Below are positions 24,889 to 37,084 of a stretch of DNA of 64,000 bases, piece by piece. Every line of letters begins with the position of its first letter. Position 1 is the first letter of the stretch. The DNA comes from Vicugna vicugna (lineage: Eukaryota). Made by a program: the position numbers and the translations under genes. The DNA lies in contig MU062811.1 in the NCBI GenBank assembly GCA_013265495.1, forward strand, positions 323,300 to 387,299, written 5' to 3'. The notes below the pieces were generated by a model. That model worked only from the letters and a program-made list of their open reading frames with translations, made no database searches and was not told the DNA's origin.

Positions 24889-25289
24889 ACCTTAGACCAT
24901 GACCCGGGCCCTCAGACCCACCTCGAACAGTGAGCCCAAAGCCCCAGGGCAGCGGTCAGCGCCGGCCTGCGGCCCCCATGCCCACTGACCCAGAGATCTC
25001 TCAGGCTGAGCCACAGCTGCCCTGCGGTCCCGTTCCTCAGCCGGCCCTGCCCCCCCCCAGGGCAGAGGTGACCGGGTCAGGAGGGCATGCTGGGGAGCCA
25101 CCAGCTCGACCACAGCCACCATCCGTTTCCTCAGTGAAGCCAAGGCAGGTTGGCCTGGGGCGAGTGGAAGCTGATTCCCTCGGCGTCTGGCTGATGGAGC
25201 GCAGGAGACTTAGAGGCCGTGGTCGGGCTGGATGGGGCGGACGGATGTTCTCAAATAAAGAGCCAGCCCTGGCCCGAGTGTCCATCCAC

Positions 25290-25850
25290 AGGTGAACGGG
25301 TAAACAAAATGCGGTCTGTTCATGCAGTGGGCGATTATTCAGCCTTAGAAGGGAAGGAGATTCCGACACAGGCCACAGCACAGTGCACCCTGAGGACACT
25401 ACTGAGTGAAAGAAGGCAGTCAGTCCCAAAAGGGCAAATCCTACCCAATTCCACTTACAGGAGGTCCCTGGAGCATCAAGTTCTTAGAGACAGAAAGTCC
25501 CAGATCGGTCTCACTGGGCTGAAGCCTGGGTGTGGGCAGGGCTGGCCCCTCCCGAGGCCCTAGGGGAGGGTCTCCTGCCTCCCCCAGCTTCCGGGGCTCC
25601 AAGAGTCCCTGGGCTAGCGGCCACGTCGCCCTAGCCCCTGCCTCTGCCTTCACACAGCCTCCCCTGCATGTGCTCCTCTTCTGTTTCTAAGTACGTCAGT
25701 GATGAGGGTTAGGGCTAGGGCCGTCTCGTCTTGAGGTCCTCATCTTAGTCACATCTGTAAAGACTCTTTCTCCAAATAAGGTCACATTCGCAGATTCCTG
25801 AGTTAGGGCACAGATGTGTCTTTTGGGGGACACCAATTCCTCCCTTGCCT
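25290..25850. mobile_element. L1M 3' fragment (+) abutting an MLT1 LTR (-, ~25490-25850)
   Basis: tattcagccttagaagggaaggagattccgacac followed by catctgtaaagactctttctccaaataaggtcacattc. Confidence 0.7.
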
Positions 25851-26699
25851 GTGAGCCCTAAATTCTGGGTGTGGTTAGGGAGACCCCAGCAGGGATGCTT
25901 GGGGGACAAGAGGGGGCAGACTCTGTTTCCTGCTGAGGTTGGAGAGATCTGGATTAAAAAGAAGCCTGGGGAATCCAGCTGCCCTTCCCCACTGGACTAC
26001 TGTAACAGTCCTAGCTTCCTCCTTCTTCCTCGGGTCCCCTCCTGATCCCCTCTGCTTTTGCCCTGTCTGCCCTGGAAACCCTCCCCATCCACCCACCACC
26101 CACAGGACAAGGTTCCAGGCCGTGCAGGTCCTGGCTGCCCCACTGCTGCTGCTCTGGCCTGGCTCAGGCTGATGCCTTCACTCAGAGTGCTGCCCTCCAC
26201 CCCCTGGCCCCAGCAGACTCTCTTTTCCAGTGCCCACTCCTTCCTGCCAGGTCGCCCCTCTGACCCTCTGTATCTTCATCACCTTCCCCTGGCACTGGGC
26301 CGCCTGGGCACACATCTCGTCTGCATGCCCCCTGTGCCAAGTTGCAAGCAGGCCCCTCCCAGGCCCTCAATCAGCAGATGTGTCTGGTGTGGCCTGCCTA
26401 GCCCAGTTGTGCCCGCAACAACCTGGGAGCTGCGGAGAAGGGAACATATCCACATGGGATTGGCGCTTGGATTTCCCAGTGGACAGACTGGCCCCAGCTG
26501 ACACTCACGTTCCCACCTGTCCTGGAGAGGAGAGGGGAGAGCCCAGCCTTCCTGGAGAGCTGGGTTTAGTAGCGACTGATCCTTCTGGCTCCTTATCAGG
26601 ACTGTGGGTGTTATTCACGAGAGAGCAGGACCCACGGGCATCGGGACATGGAACCTTCTGAGCTGGACAATACCTTACCGAGTTTCTCGTTTACAGACT

Positions 26700-27140
26700 G
26701 GCTTCCACTTTAAAGATAACCAGAGTAAACAGCAGCTTTAAAACTAATTGAAGCTTATTTGATCTTTAAATCGGTAGGTCAGTAGTTGCAGGCATTAGTT
26801 TAGCAGGTCAAAGATGATCTAGTAGCTTAAATCACCTCAGCCCTCACCTCACTGTCACGAGATGGTTGCTGAAGATCCAGCCTTAGCGTCCACATTCCAG
26901 TCAGGAGGCCAAAGGAACAGACAGATTGGAACCTGTGTTAGAAAAGCCAAACTTTCCTGGAAATTCCCAGCAGATCTGCACCTGCATCTCATTGGCTAGA
27001 ACTATGCTGCACGTTTCCCCACGGTTTCAGGGGGGGCCAGGAAATTGTTCATTTTAGAAGCTGGGAGCATTGCTGCCCCAGACAACATCTGGATTACAGC
27101 ATGATGGAAGAATAGGAAATTAGCCATCATCTGGCCACCA
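26700..27140 (-). mobile_element. Old MLT1 (J/K-like) LTR
   Basis: cacgagatggttgctg...catctcattggctagaact...gggagcattgctgcccca. Confidence 0.55.
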
Positions 27141-28324
27141 GGTGGTACCTGTCCCACACCACACTTCTGGAGTCAGACGTCTCCAAACTGTGTGCCCTGG
27201 AACCCAGGGCTTGGGACCCCTGAGGGAGGGGAAGAGAACACTCAGACCACACCCCAGCCCTTCCCTCCCCAGCGCCACCTGAGGACCTCCTCTGCCAGCC
27301 GGGCCGCAGCCTGCAGCCCAGCCTTGAAGGGCTCCTGCAAGATCGCGCTCGCCTCCCTGGGGGAGACAGCCTCCTCTGCTCTTTGCTGCCCCCGGGTCTT
27401 CCCGGCACAAGAAGTCGGAGCCACGCCAGGGGCTCCTGACTCCCAGACCGTGTCCAGAGGCATCAGCGGGCTTGACCTCAGGTGCTATGGCAGATGCTGA
27501 GTGTGGGAACCAGGGCCTGGGTGGCACATCCTCGTGTCCTCTGGACACGCGGCCTCTGAACTTGGGACTGGCTTCTCTGCCCTCGGGCTCCATGGGGACA
27601 GCCTGATGGGCCTGGGGGGCAGCGGCCCCCGGGCCACAGAGCAGCACGTCGCTCGCAGCCCCCAGCCGCCGTGGTGCTGGCCTCTAGCCGGCAGAAGCAG
27701 CCCACACGCTGACGCAGCTCCGGTTTTATTTTAGACCAAGCCTCATGCTCAGCACCGTCCAACAGACTTGAACTTCAACAAAAAAAGCAGCAGCACGATG
27801 AGCACGGCCGCGCCCTGCCGTTACAGCTGGCCCGGCCCCCCCACCCCACCCCCGCCACGCGGGGCGCCTCAGCACGGAGCCGGGCAGGGGCTGCGGGGCT
27901 CTGAAGGCCTCCCGGGCTGGTGTCCTCCAGCAGGCACGGGTGGCCTTCAGCCCAGGTGACCGGCCCCATGAGGGCAGGTGGTGACGTGCTGGGGTGCCCT
28001 CGTGGCCCAGGAGGGAGTCGGGCCCAGCCCCCACCCAGCCCACCTCGGTCACCCAGCCTCATCCTGGTCCACGCTCCTTTCCTTGGGTCCCTGGCCAGTA
28101 TCCATGTCCTCAGCTACGTTGCCAGGGCCCTGCTCCCTGCTAGCAGGTGGCCCTGGGCGGCCTGCTTACATCTCCCTGCATAATTCAGGGGCCTCCCCTC
28201 CTGCAGGAGGACCACCCTGCTGCAGCGCTGGACCAGCTGGCCGCCTCCAGCTGGCCATCCTCATATGTTATATGTTCACAGTGTCTAACACAGCACTTGA
28301 CCTAACAGCCGTCAGGTAGACCAG

Positions 28325-28470
28325 TGGACGGATGGATGGACAGACGGATGGGCAGATGGGTGGATGGGAGTGCGGGTGGGTGGACAGGTGAGACGTATGG
28401 ATAACGGGTGGGTGTATGGACAGACTGATGGATGGATGATGGACAGGTGGATTGATGGATGGATAATGGG
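28325..28470 (+). repeat. Degenerate (TGGA)n simple repeat
   Basis: ggacggatggatggacagacggatgggcagatgggtggatggg... Confidence 0.85.
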
Positions 28471-28879
28471 TGGGAGGGAGAGAGGAGGCACGTTTGTAGG
28501 AACTTTCCGGCTGTGAGCGTCACTCTGTGTCCCTGCTTTTTATGCTGTAAAGCGGCCTTTCCTCAGTGTCAGCCCTGCCCCGTTCAGCATGGGTGGGCTG
28601 GGAGGGTGTGAGTGCCAAGGACCACCCTGCTCAGGGCTCTTGAGTCACTCACCTGCGTGCCACCCCGCTCCCTGCCCCGTGCAGAGGGGCCCGGCACCCC
28701 TCTCTGTAGGCCTGAAGCCTGGCAGCCCCACACATGAATGGAGACAATGACAGGACATGCCCCCCAGGTCCAGCAAGGACTCAGTGGCTCCGGGCCCCCT
28801 ACCCTGGCAAACTCTGACTCTCGTTCCTCCTTCTCAACGAGACGGAGCCTGGCAGGAGCCAGGAGGGCAGACCAGCCAC

Positions 28880-29310
28880 GCACAGGGCACCCACGAAAGC
28901 TCATGGGGGTCCACGCAGCGGGATACTGCACAGCCATAAAGAGGCACGAAGCGCTGGCGCGCTGCGGTGTGGGTGAGCCGCGCAGACGCTCCGCCCAGCG
29001 CAAGCAGCCAGATGCAAAACAGCGCGTCCCTTCTGTGCAGCGCCACTGGCGCGAAGCATCCCGGGATGAGCACGTGCAGAGACACAGAGCAGGGGAGAGG
29101 CTGCCCGGGGCCCGGGGAGGGGAGGCGGGGAGTGCCGGCCGATGGTCGGGGCTTTCCTTTCGGGGCAAGGAAGACGTTCCGGAGGCAGCTGGAGGTGGCG
29201 GCTGCACAGCCTCGGGAGCGTGCGCGGTGAGCGCCACGGGCTTCAGGGGGGCGTTTTACATCACGTGAATTTCACCTCACTCTTTTTTTAAAGTCTACAT
29301 GTTTAAAAAA
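28880..29310 (+). mobile_element. L1MB 3' end, GC-eroded
   Basis: gatactgcacagccataaagagg...gtgaatttcacctcac plus A-tail. Confidence 0.7.
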
Positions 29311-30175
29311 AAAAAAGGTTGTGGGAGCAGGTTGCTGGGGGCCAGGGAGGTGCCAGGGTGGCTGCCACAGAGAATGCCAGGTGGGGGGTGATCGGGCAGA
29401 GGGGATAGAGGCGGGGTGGGGGGCAGGCCCTGGGCCTTGTGCGGAGCAGTCTGGGCTGTGGTTTCCATGGCTCACTCCAGCCTCGGGGGAGAATGTGGTT
29501 TTTTCCCTGAAGGCCTCCCCCAGGCAGCTCACCTGCGGTGTCAGCTCTCCCAGCCACGCTGGCTCCGGGAGAGCCACCCCAGCCACGTGCGGGGGTGGGG
29601 ACAGGGGAGTGGCAACAGCAGGCACCCCCAGGAGGCATTGGGTGGCCCCACAGCTCACGTGGGGGTCGAGACCTGGCTTTGGTGGCAGGAGAGACAAGAG
29701 CAGGTGGGGGGGCTTGGCGCGTAGCCAGGGACGCTCCTCCCACCACCTGGCGGAGGCAGCCAGATCTGGGGGTGTTGAAAACTCATGTTTTGTTTTTTTT
29801 TTAAATGCCCAAGAAAGCATGTGCGGAACTCCAGAGTGCTGCCCACGTCAACTGCGGTTTCTTTCTTTCCCTTCTTCGTGTCTTTCTCTGTGTGAAGAGG
29901 ATCCCAGGGCTGGGGGAGTGTGACTGGCGCTGGGGTCCTCAGAGAGGCCTTCCCGGGTGCCCTCTGATGAGGGCCAGGCCAGGCCAGGGGAACCGGCTCC
30001 GTGTGCACACGGCCCGGCGTCTGTGCTTGCTTCTTCCGGGAGCACTGGCCCAAATGCCAGGTCACTTCACCCTGTGCAGGGCGTCGTGGTGGCTCCAAGT
30101 GCAGGCTGGCACCCAGACTGTACCCGAGCCAGTAACTTCTCAAAGACCTGAGGGCCTGCAACAGAGCTGGGTTCC

Positions 30176-30545
30176 TGTGGGCTGGACGGTGTTCTTTAAA
30201 AAGATGGATTCCCGACCCCCAACTCCTCAGAATGTGACTGTACTTGGAAAGCAGCTCCTTAAAGAGGTGGTTAAGGTAAAACGAGGTCACTGGGTGGCCC
30301 TAATCCCATAGGACTGATATCCTTGTAAGAGGAGATCAGGACACAGACACGCACAGAGGGACGACCAGGTGAGGACCCGGGGAGAAGGCGGCCGTCTCCA
30401 CGCTGAGCAGAGAGGCCCCGGGCGGAGCCGGCCCTGCCCACGCCTGGACCTCGGACTCCCGCCCCCAGGATGGGAGACAGTGAATTTCTGTTGTGTAAGC
30501 TCCCCCATCTGTGGGACTATTCACAACAGCCCAAGCTAATAATGC
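30176..30545 (+). mobile_element. MLT1 solo LTR
   Basis: cctcagaatgtgactgtacttgg...gaggagatcaggacacagac...gtgaatttctgttgtgtaagc. Confidence 0.85.
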
Positions 30546-30939
30546 ACAGGCCTTGAACCCCAACCTCTGGCTCAAGTCCCAGCAAGGAGGCTGTCCGAGC
30601 ACCATGTCTGGCCCGTGGGCTCTGGCTCCCTGGGCTTCACAGACGGCCCCAGGGGGGGAGACATCCCCCAGACCCTCCCTGCAGAGCGGAGGCCCCTCCT
30701 CCATCAACACGAAAAGCATAAAGTCACACTGATAAATTGTGGTTTGAAGGTAGCCGTGGTAAATACCAGCCAAGGGGCAGGCTGCCTCCTGTGGGGGCTG
30801 CAGGGTGAGGTCTGTATCAGGCCAGACGCCACATCCCTCCCATGGGTCTTCCCCAAGAGTGAACATCTCAGAAGAGGCAGGCTTTTCTGTGTCTGCAAGC
30901 CCAGGGAGGGATAAAGTTTTCTGCCCAAATGCTCGCTTT

Positions 30940-31560
30940 TTTTTCAACTGAAGCGAAAGTCACGTAACACACAATTAACCATTTCAAAGTGAACCGTTCA
31001 GTGCATTTAGTACATCCATCATGCTGTACAGCCACCACCTCTGTCTAGTTCCAGAACACTCTCATCACCCCAGTAAGAGCCTCTGAACCCGTCTGCAGTC
31101 CCTCTCCTCACCCCCACCCCCGACCCAGCCCCTGGCAGCCACTCATGTTTTCTTTCCCCGCTCTGTGCATTTCACAGAAATGGGATCACATGCTGTGAGG
31201 TCCTTTGTGTCTTGCCTCTTTCACCCAGCAGAATTTTTTCAAACTTCAACCATGCTGGAGCATGTGTCCGCGTGGCATCCCTTTTCGTGAGTGAGTAATA
31301 TTCCGTGGTGTGGGTGGAGGACATTCAGCTCATCCATCCATCCATCATTTTATCTACCAACAGACATCAGGCTGTTTCTGGCTCTTGGCTCTTGTAAGCA
31401 ACACTGCCACAGATGTGCGTGAGCAGACACCTGCTCCCGCTTCTCTTGGGCACAAACCTAGGAGTAGAATTGCTGGGTCTCACTGTCATTCTGTGTTTCA
31501 CTTTTTGAGGAAACTGTAAGCTGTTTCCCACATCAGCTGCCCATTTTCCATTCCTGTCAC
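30940..31560 (-). mobile_element. L1MB/ME 3' end
   Basis: aattaaccatttcaaagtg...ctaggagtagaattgctgggtc. Confidence 0.8.
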
Positions 31561-32559
31561 TCACTCACTTGGCGTGGGAAGTGGGGACAGGCCTGTCTCC
31601 CTCAATGGGGAGCACTCAGCCTTTTTTCTAGGTGTGACTCCATTTTAGAATCTGATGAGGACCAGGGGCCCTCCCCTTTGGAAAATGCACACAGATCCCC
31701 AGTTTTGTCCACAGACCCGAGACAAATGAGAAAAGGCACCCCTCTGTGGGGTGGAGGGGTCACAGCGAGGCGAGCAGAGTGCAGGCTGGACGGAAGCTCC
31801 GCCTGGCGGCACCATCATGCAGTGAGCAGCCTGCACAGCTGTCCAGGACGGCCCTGCCTGCTGATACCCAGCAGCACTTTCATCACCTTACGGCACGCAG
31901 GTGTTCTCGAGAGCAGACACATGTTCAGCAGACTCAGTCTCCCACAAGTGGGCAAAAGAATCTAGGAGTGAGAAGTGCTCTCAGCCTTTCTGTCCAAGTG
32001 CTGTGAGCTGGAGAGAGGAGTTGGAGGAGGGGAGCGCTTGGAGCCCCACACCTGGCCTCTGTCCTGGAGCAGGGAGCAAGCAGCCCAGGGCAGGGCGGCT
32101 GGCTTCCAGGGCTGCGAGGCGGGGAAGAGATGCACAGGTGGGTGGCAGGGCTGCAAGGAGCTTCTCTAGTCAGTGTGGCGCCAGGAAGTGACTGAGCGTG
32201 GACGACCTACTGCCGGCGCCCACGTGACATAGCTTCCAAGGGCCCGGCCTCTCTTGTGCTCTCACCCTGTGCCAGTGTGGCTAACACCGATAGTTTAGAT
32301 AAAAGGCTTATATATGCTTGGCACCCTTAGTCGTCAGGGAAAGGCGAACCCAGCCCACAAGGAGGGCCCCTCACCGACGGCTCTAATCCCAGAGACGTCC
32401 AGGTGCTGATGCAGACGCAGAGACATCGGGACCCTCATGCTGAGCTGGTGGGATGAAAACTGGTGCAGCTGTTGTAGGGGACAGCTGGGAAGGTCCTCAA
32501 AAGTTCACGTCAGAGTTGCCATAGGACCCGGCAGTTCCTGAGCACCGCTCTCCGCCATG

Positions 32560-32720
32560 CGCTCACGGCCACCGCTGCAGGCTGTGTGGCCCTGGGCAAC
32601 CTGCTCGCCTTCTCTGGGCCCCGGGCTCCCATCCGTAAGGTGGGGGTGGTGACAGCATCTGCCAGCCAAGTTGTCAGGAGCAGTCAGTGCCAGTCCGCAT
32701 ACTACATGCTTGCCTGGTGC
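32560..32720 (+). mobile_element. MIR SINE
   Basis: gctgtgtggccctgggcaacc...cccatccgtaaggtggggg. Confidence 0.65.
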
Positions 32721-34399
32721 CGGCACACAGCAGGTGCTGCTACCATGTTCCAGGGTGACCTGCGCCGTTGTGGGGCTGCCTTGGGGCCTGGAGTTCTTGA
32801 CTCCGAGGTGCCAGGTCTGGGGCCCAGAGGCTGCTCTGCCGACACCCACGCCAAGGGCTTCAGCCACGGGACTCGGCCTGGCCCACGGAGGGGAGGGGCT
32901 GGCATTCTGAGAGCTGGTCCTGGGGGTCTCGGGGGTGCACAGGCCAGTTCTCTCACCCGCTGTGCGGCAGGGCCGGGAATCTACCTGTAACAGGTTCTGC
33001 CACCCCAACGCACACTGACGGGCGAAGCCCAGTTAGAGACGCCCTCCACGCGTACACACAGCCAGCCCCGGGGGACACCAACTCACAGCCACCACAACAC
33101 CGCACACCTTGCTGTGGGAAGCAGCCAGCTCTGAGCCCACGTAGGGGTGCGGGTGCAAGCAGCCCTGCGCTCCCCACCTGCGGCACTGCACGCGGCATCT
33201 CTAAAGGGGGTATGGGTGGGGCTGTGGGGCTGGAGGGAGCCCCGAGCGGAAGCAGCCTGCCCACTGCCACATGTTGCCAGGAGCAACCGTGGATGCTGAG
33301 GGGAGGGCCCATGGCACCTGACCAGCCTGGGGGCACCTTCTCTTCTCCCACAGTGGCCCCAGGAGTGACCCGCCTGGTCAGGTAAAGCCGAGGGCTACCC
33401 TGGAGGAGGCGATGGCGCCTTTCTCCTCCCCTCCCCGCAGGCCGACAGCGGTAGTAGTCGAGGGAACAGCACAGGCACACGGTGACCACGGCAAGCTCAG
33501 GACATCCTTGAAAGAACGCAGCAGATGCCTGACCAGCCCGGAGCTGGGGGAGGGGCCCGGGCTGCCAGAGCCTCTGGTCTTGAGGGATCACATTCCCAGG
33601 AAGGATGTGGGCTGGCACAGGCTTCCTAATCAGGGGGCGACAAGGTTGGGGCCTGAACAAGCCGCGGTTGGGGACAAGCTAGGAATTCATTATGCCTGAA
33701 TCCCTGCACATGTGCATCCCCTGAGGACGCACAGGAAACAGCTCGCAATGGGGGAGTCTGCCCCCTAGTGCCGTGTGCATCATGTCCCACGGGCACAGAG
33801 TTCTGAGACCTGACAGGGGATGTGCAGTAAGACTGTGGCTGGGGGCGGGATGCGGCGACGGCCAGGGCAGGGAGGTGAAGGGAAGACGGAAGGTGGCCGC
33901 AGCAGAATTCTGGAAGCCTGATAGCACGGGGACTTAGGGGCCCCAGGATGTGGGAGCCTGGGCTGCGGTGGGGGAGCAAGATGAGGCAGAACGGCCTGCC
34001 AGGACCCCCGCAGGCCACGGCCTGAGCACCGGTTTTTCTGGAGACGGAGGGAATCTGGGCCCAGTCACAGGAGGGTGTCCCAAGGAGGGTGTCCCAAAGG
34101 TGCACTGAGGAACTGGGGACAGGGGCGCACATGCGGCTGTCGCCTGCAGCTCTGGGTCAGTGCAGGCCTGGGAACAACTCCACATCCCCCACGTGAGCCT
34201 GGACACGCATCAGCGGCCTGGCAGCACGGCCAGGGGCGCCGGCAGGGAGAGGGCGCCGCTGCGCTCGGCCACCGTGCGGCCTCCAGGGGCGCTGCGCGTG
34301 GAAGAGGCCAGAGAGGTGTGCTCAAAAGGTGGGCGTGAACACACACGTGTGCTCATAGACACACGTGCATACACACACACACACACACGGGTATTTGCG

Positions 34400-36350
34400 T
34401 ATTTCTTCTTTTTAACAGAAGGATAATCCACACACACAATTTTTGTTTAATTGAATGTTGCCTCAGGGGCAGCGTACAGGGAGAGAAAGACTTCTCTGAA
34501 TGCAAACTGTTGTAGATGGGATCCTGAAATTGGGTAAATGTTTCACATAAGGATAAAGCAATTAAATCGACATTTCAGAATTCAAAAGCAAAGTAATATA
34601 AATGAACGTAAGCACAAATGAAACTAATGGCTTTAGCAGAGAAATGATTTCAAGGGATGGTTGAAGGCTGCAGACCGAAAAGAAGTCTTAAGCTCTTTTC
34701 AGTAATTATATTGTGAGTAATGACACTGATGTCGTCAGCCTGAAACTACCTAACGAGTGTAAGGATAGATGTGACAGGTGACTGAGTAATGGATGGTAGA
34801 AAGGTGACAGATGTGTAGATGATTGATGGGTAGACAGACCGACCGACAGACTGGTTAATTCGCTCATTAGGAACCCAGATTTTTAGCAAAGATAAAAATA
34901 CAAATATAAAATCAAAACAGGAAAGCCCCTGCTACTCTGAATTTCAGCTAATATCATCAGTGTAAACTCACAAGGAGCCTAGACCATGAGGCCTCACCGG
35001 CAGGCAGGGACGGTCTTGAAGGTGTTTCATGTTCAAAGTCCCATGGAAAGGGCTCAGGGGTGCACACGAAGGCGCCCCACTGAGCACATGTAGGACAACT
35101 GGGGCATAAGAGGGGTAGTGGCCCGGAGCGTCTCGCGGAGCCAGGAAGGAAAGAAGTGGTGGGAAAGCCGAGAGACAGAGCAGCTCTGAGAGCCAGAGCT
35201 GGAGCCATCCAAGTGACCAATCCGGGAGCACTGGTGTGCCTCCAAACCACAGAGTAAGCATCCACGGGTCCGGCTGACAGAAATACACAACTGAGGAAAC
35301 CAGTGAAAAGGGAGAAGAAACCACTCTCCCTGCAGAAGCCCTGAAATTTACGTAAGAGCACCTGCCCTCAAAGAGACGGACTGTGAGTGCCCACCCCTTG
35401 GCTGCGGCTGCGCTCGGTGACTTCCTTCCAAAGAGGGCCGCGTGGAAAGAAGAGAGGGCAGCCTACCAGGGGCCACCTGTCGCGCGCGCCTTAGCCAGGG
35501 AGCACAGGCAGCACCCCAGGGGCCAGCCGTGTCAAGGCTGTGGGTCCTGGTGTGGGGGGCTGAGAAGTACCCCACCTCTGTGGTCTTTCTCCCCAGACCC
35601 ACGACCCCAGTCTCATCATGAGAGACCAAAACCCCAGTGGACAGAGAGTCCACGAAACACCGGACTGGTACTCAGAACTGTCAAGGCGACCATAAACAGG
35701 GCAAGTCTGAGCTGTCGCAGCCAGAGGGATCCAAACGTCCTGTGGCATCCGGGTGGGAGCCTGAAGGCAGAAAAGGGACACTGGGTAACAATTAAGGAAA
35801 TCTGAATAAAATGTGGATTTTAGTTAATAACAGCGTATCAATATTGGCTCACTGGTGACAAACGTATGGTCTTAGTGTAATATTTTCGTGATGACTGGGG
35901 GCCTGGGGGTGGGGCATGTGGGAATTCCCTGTGCAATCATCGTAATTTTTCTGTAAATCTAAACCTATTCTGTCTGAAAAGAAAAAACATGTATGTGCGT
36001 AACTGAATCACTTTGCGTACACCTGAAGCTGACACTGTAAATCAACTACACTTCAAAAAAAACTAAAAACAAAACAAAACAAATCCATAACGACTCTAAG
36101 AACTTGTTATCGTAATGGGAGTGGATTCAGACGTATCGAACACCCCTGAATCCATAATGATGCTTTTTAAAGAACAGGTCGCTTGTAAGGGAACCGGTTC
36201 ATTCCTCTGAAAACTGGTGAAGGAGAAAGAATGGAGCGTGTACCCTGCCCTTCTTATAAAGACTGGACCTCGGGGCAGTCAAACAGTTGAGAAGGGGAAG
36301 TTTCTCTCTTAAAATTATTCCCAATAATAAACGGAGAAGGAACAGCAGAA
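34400..36350 (+). mobile_element. L1MC-type 3' fragments (34400-34950, 35740-36350) with a younger L1 3' stub at ~35985-36085
   Basis: AT-rich L1MC 3' UTR blocks; aactgaatcactttg...aaatcaactac plus A-tail. Confidence 0.6.
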
Positions 36351-37084
36351 GCAGATGACCTCCAGGCCGTGGCCATCAGTAGCTGCTAAAAACCTTAGGG
36401 ACCGTCCAGCGGGGGACAAACCAGGCCAACAGTGCCAGAAACCCACCAGTGAATCCTGACGCCACAGAAAGGCAGGAGCAGGGGTTCAGGGGCTCCAAGG
36501 GGGCGGTGCTCGCCATGAATCAAACCAGAGCCAGGGGCCGGCCTCCAGCCAGCAGCGGGTGGCAGGACAGAGAACAGAGGAACGTGGTCAGCAAAACTGA
36601 GGGGCACAGGCGGCGGCTGCGTTTCTCCAGCAGATGGGCTGCACGGAGGCAAGGAGGAACAGGGGAACTTGTGAAGACTTCAGAGTCGTGCCAACAGACA
36701 CGTCGTGTGGCTCCCATTCACCTCCTGATTCCAGCCAACCGGTACCCTTAGGACAGTTCTGAGATGGTCAAGAAAATCTTGGCAGTGATGTAGAATTTGG
36801 TGATAAAAGGAATTCGAGCTACCTCTCCGGGGTGGTCCTTGTACTGAGGCTGCTGTTAATAGGAAGCTTTGACTTTTCACAAGCAGCAGGCTGGATGCTT
36901 TCAGGCAGGGGAAGAGGAAGCTGGTTGTTGGTCCAGGAGAATCCATGCCGGGCAGGGGCGGGGTGGGGGTCCTCCCAGAGGCCGCTTCAGCTGGTCCTGT
37001 GGCTGCAGTGGTCTGGAGTAACAGTCCCTCTGCTCTTGTTTACTCCAGGGGCCAGTTTCCCATAATAACAAAAATGCAGAAAGG

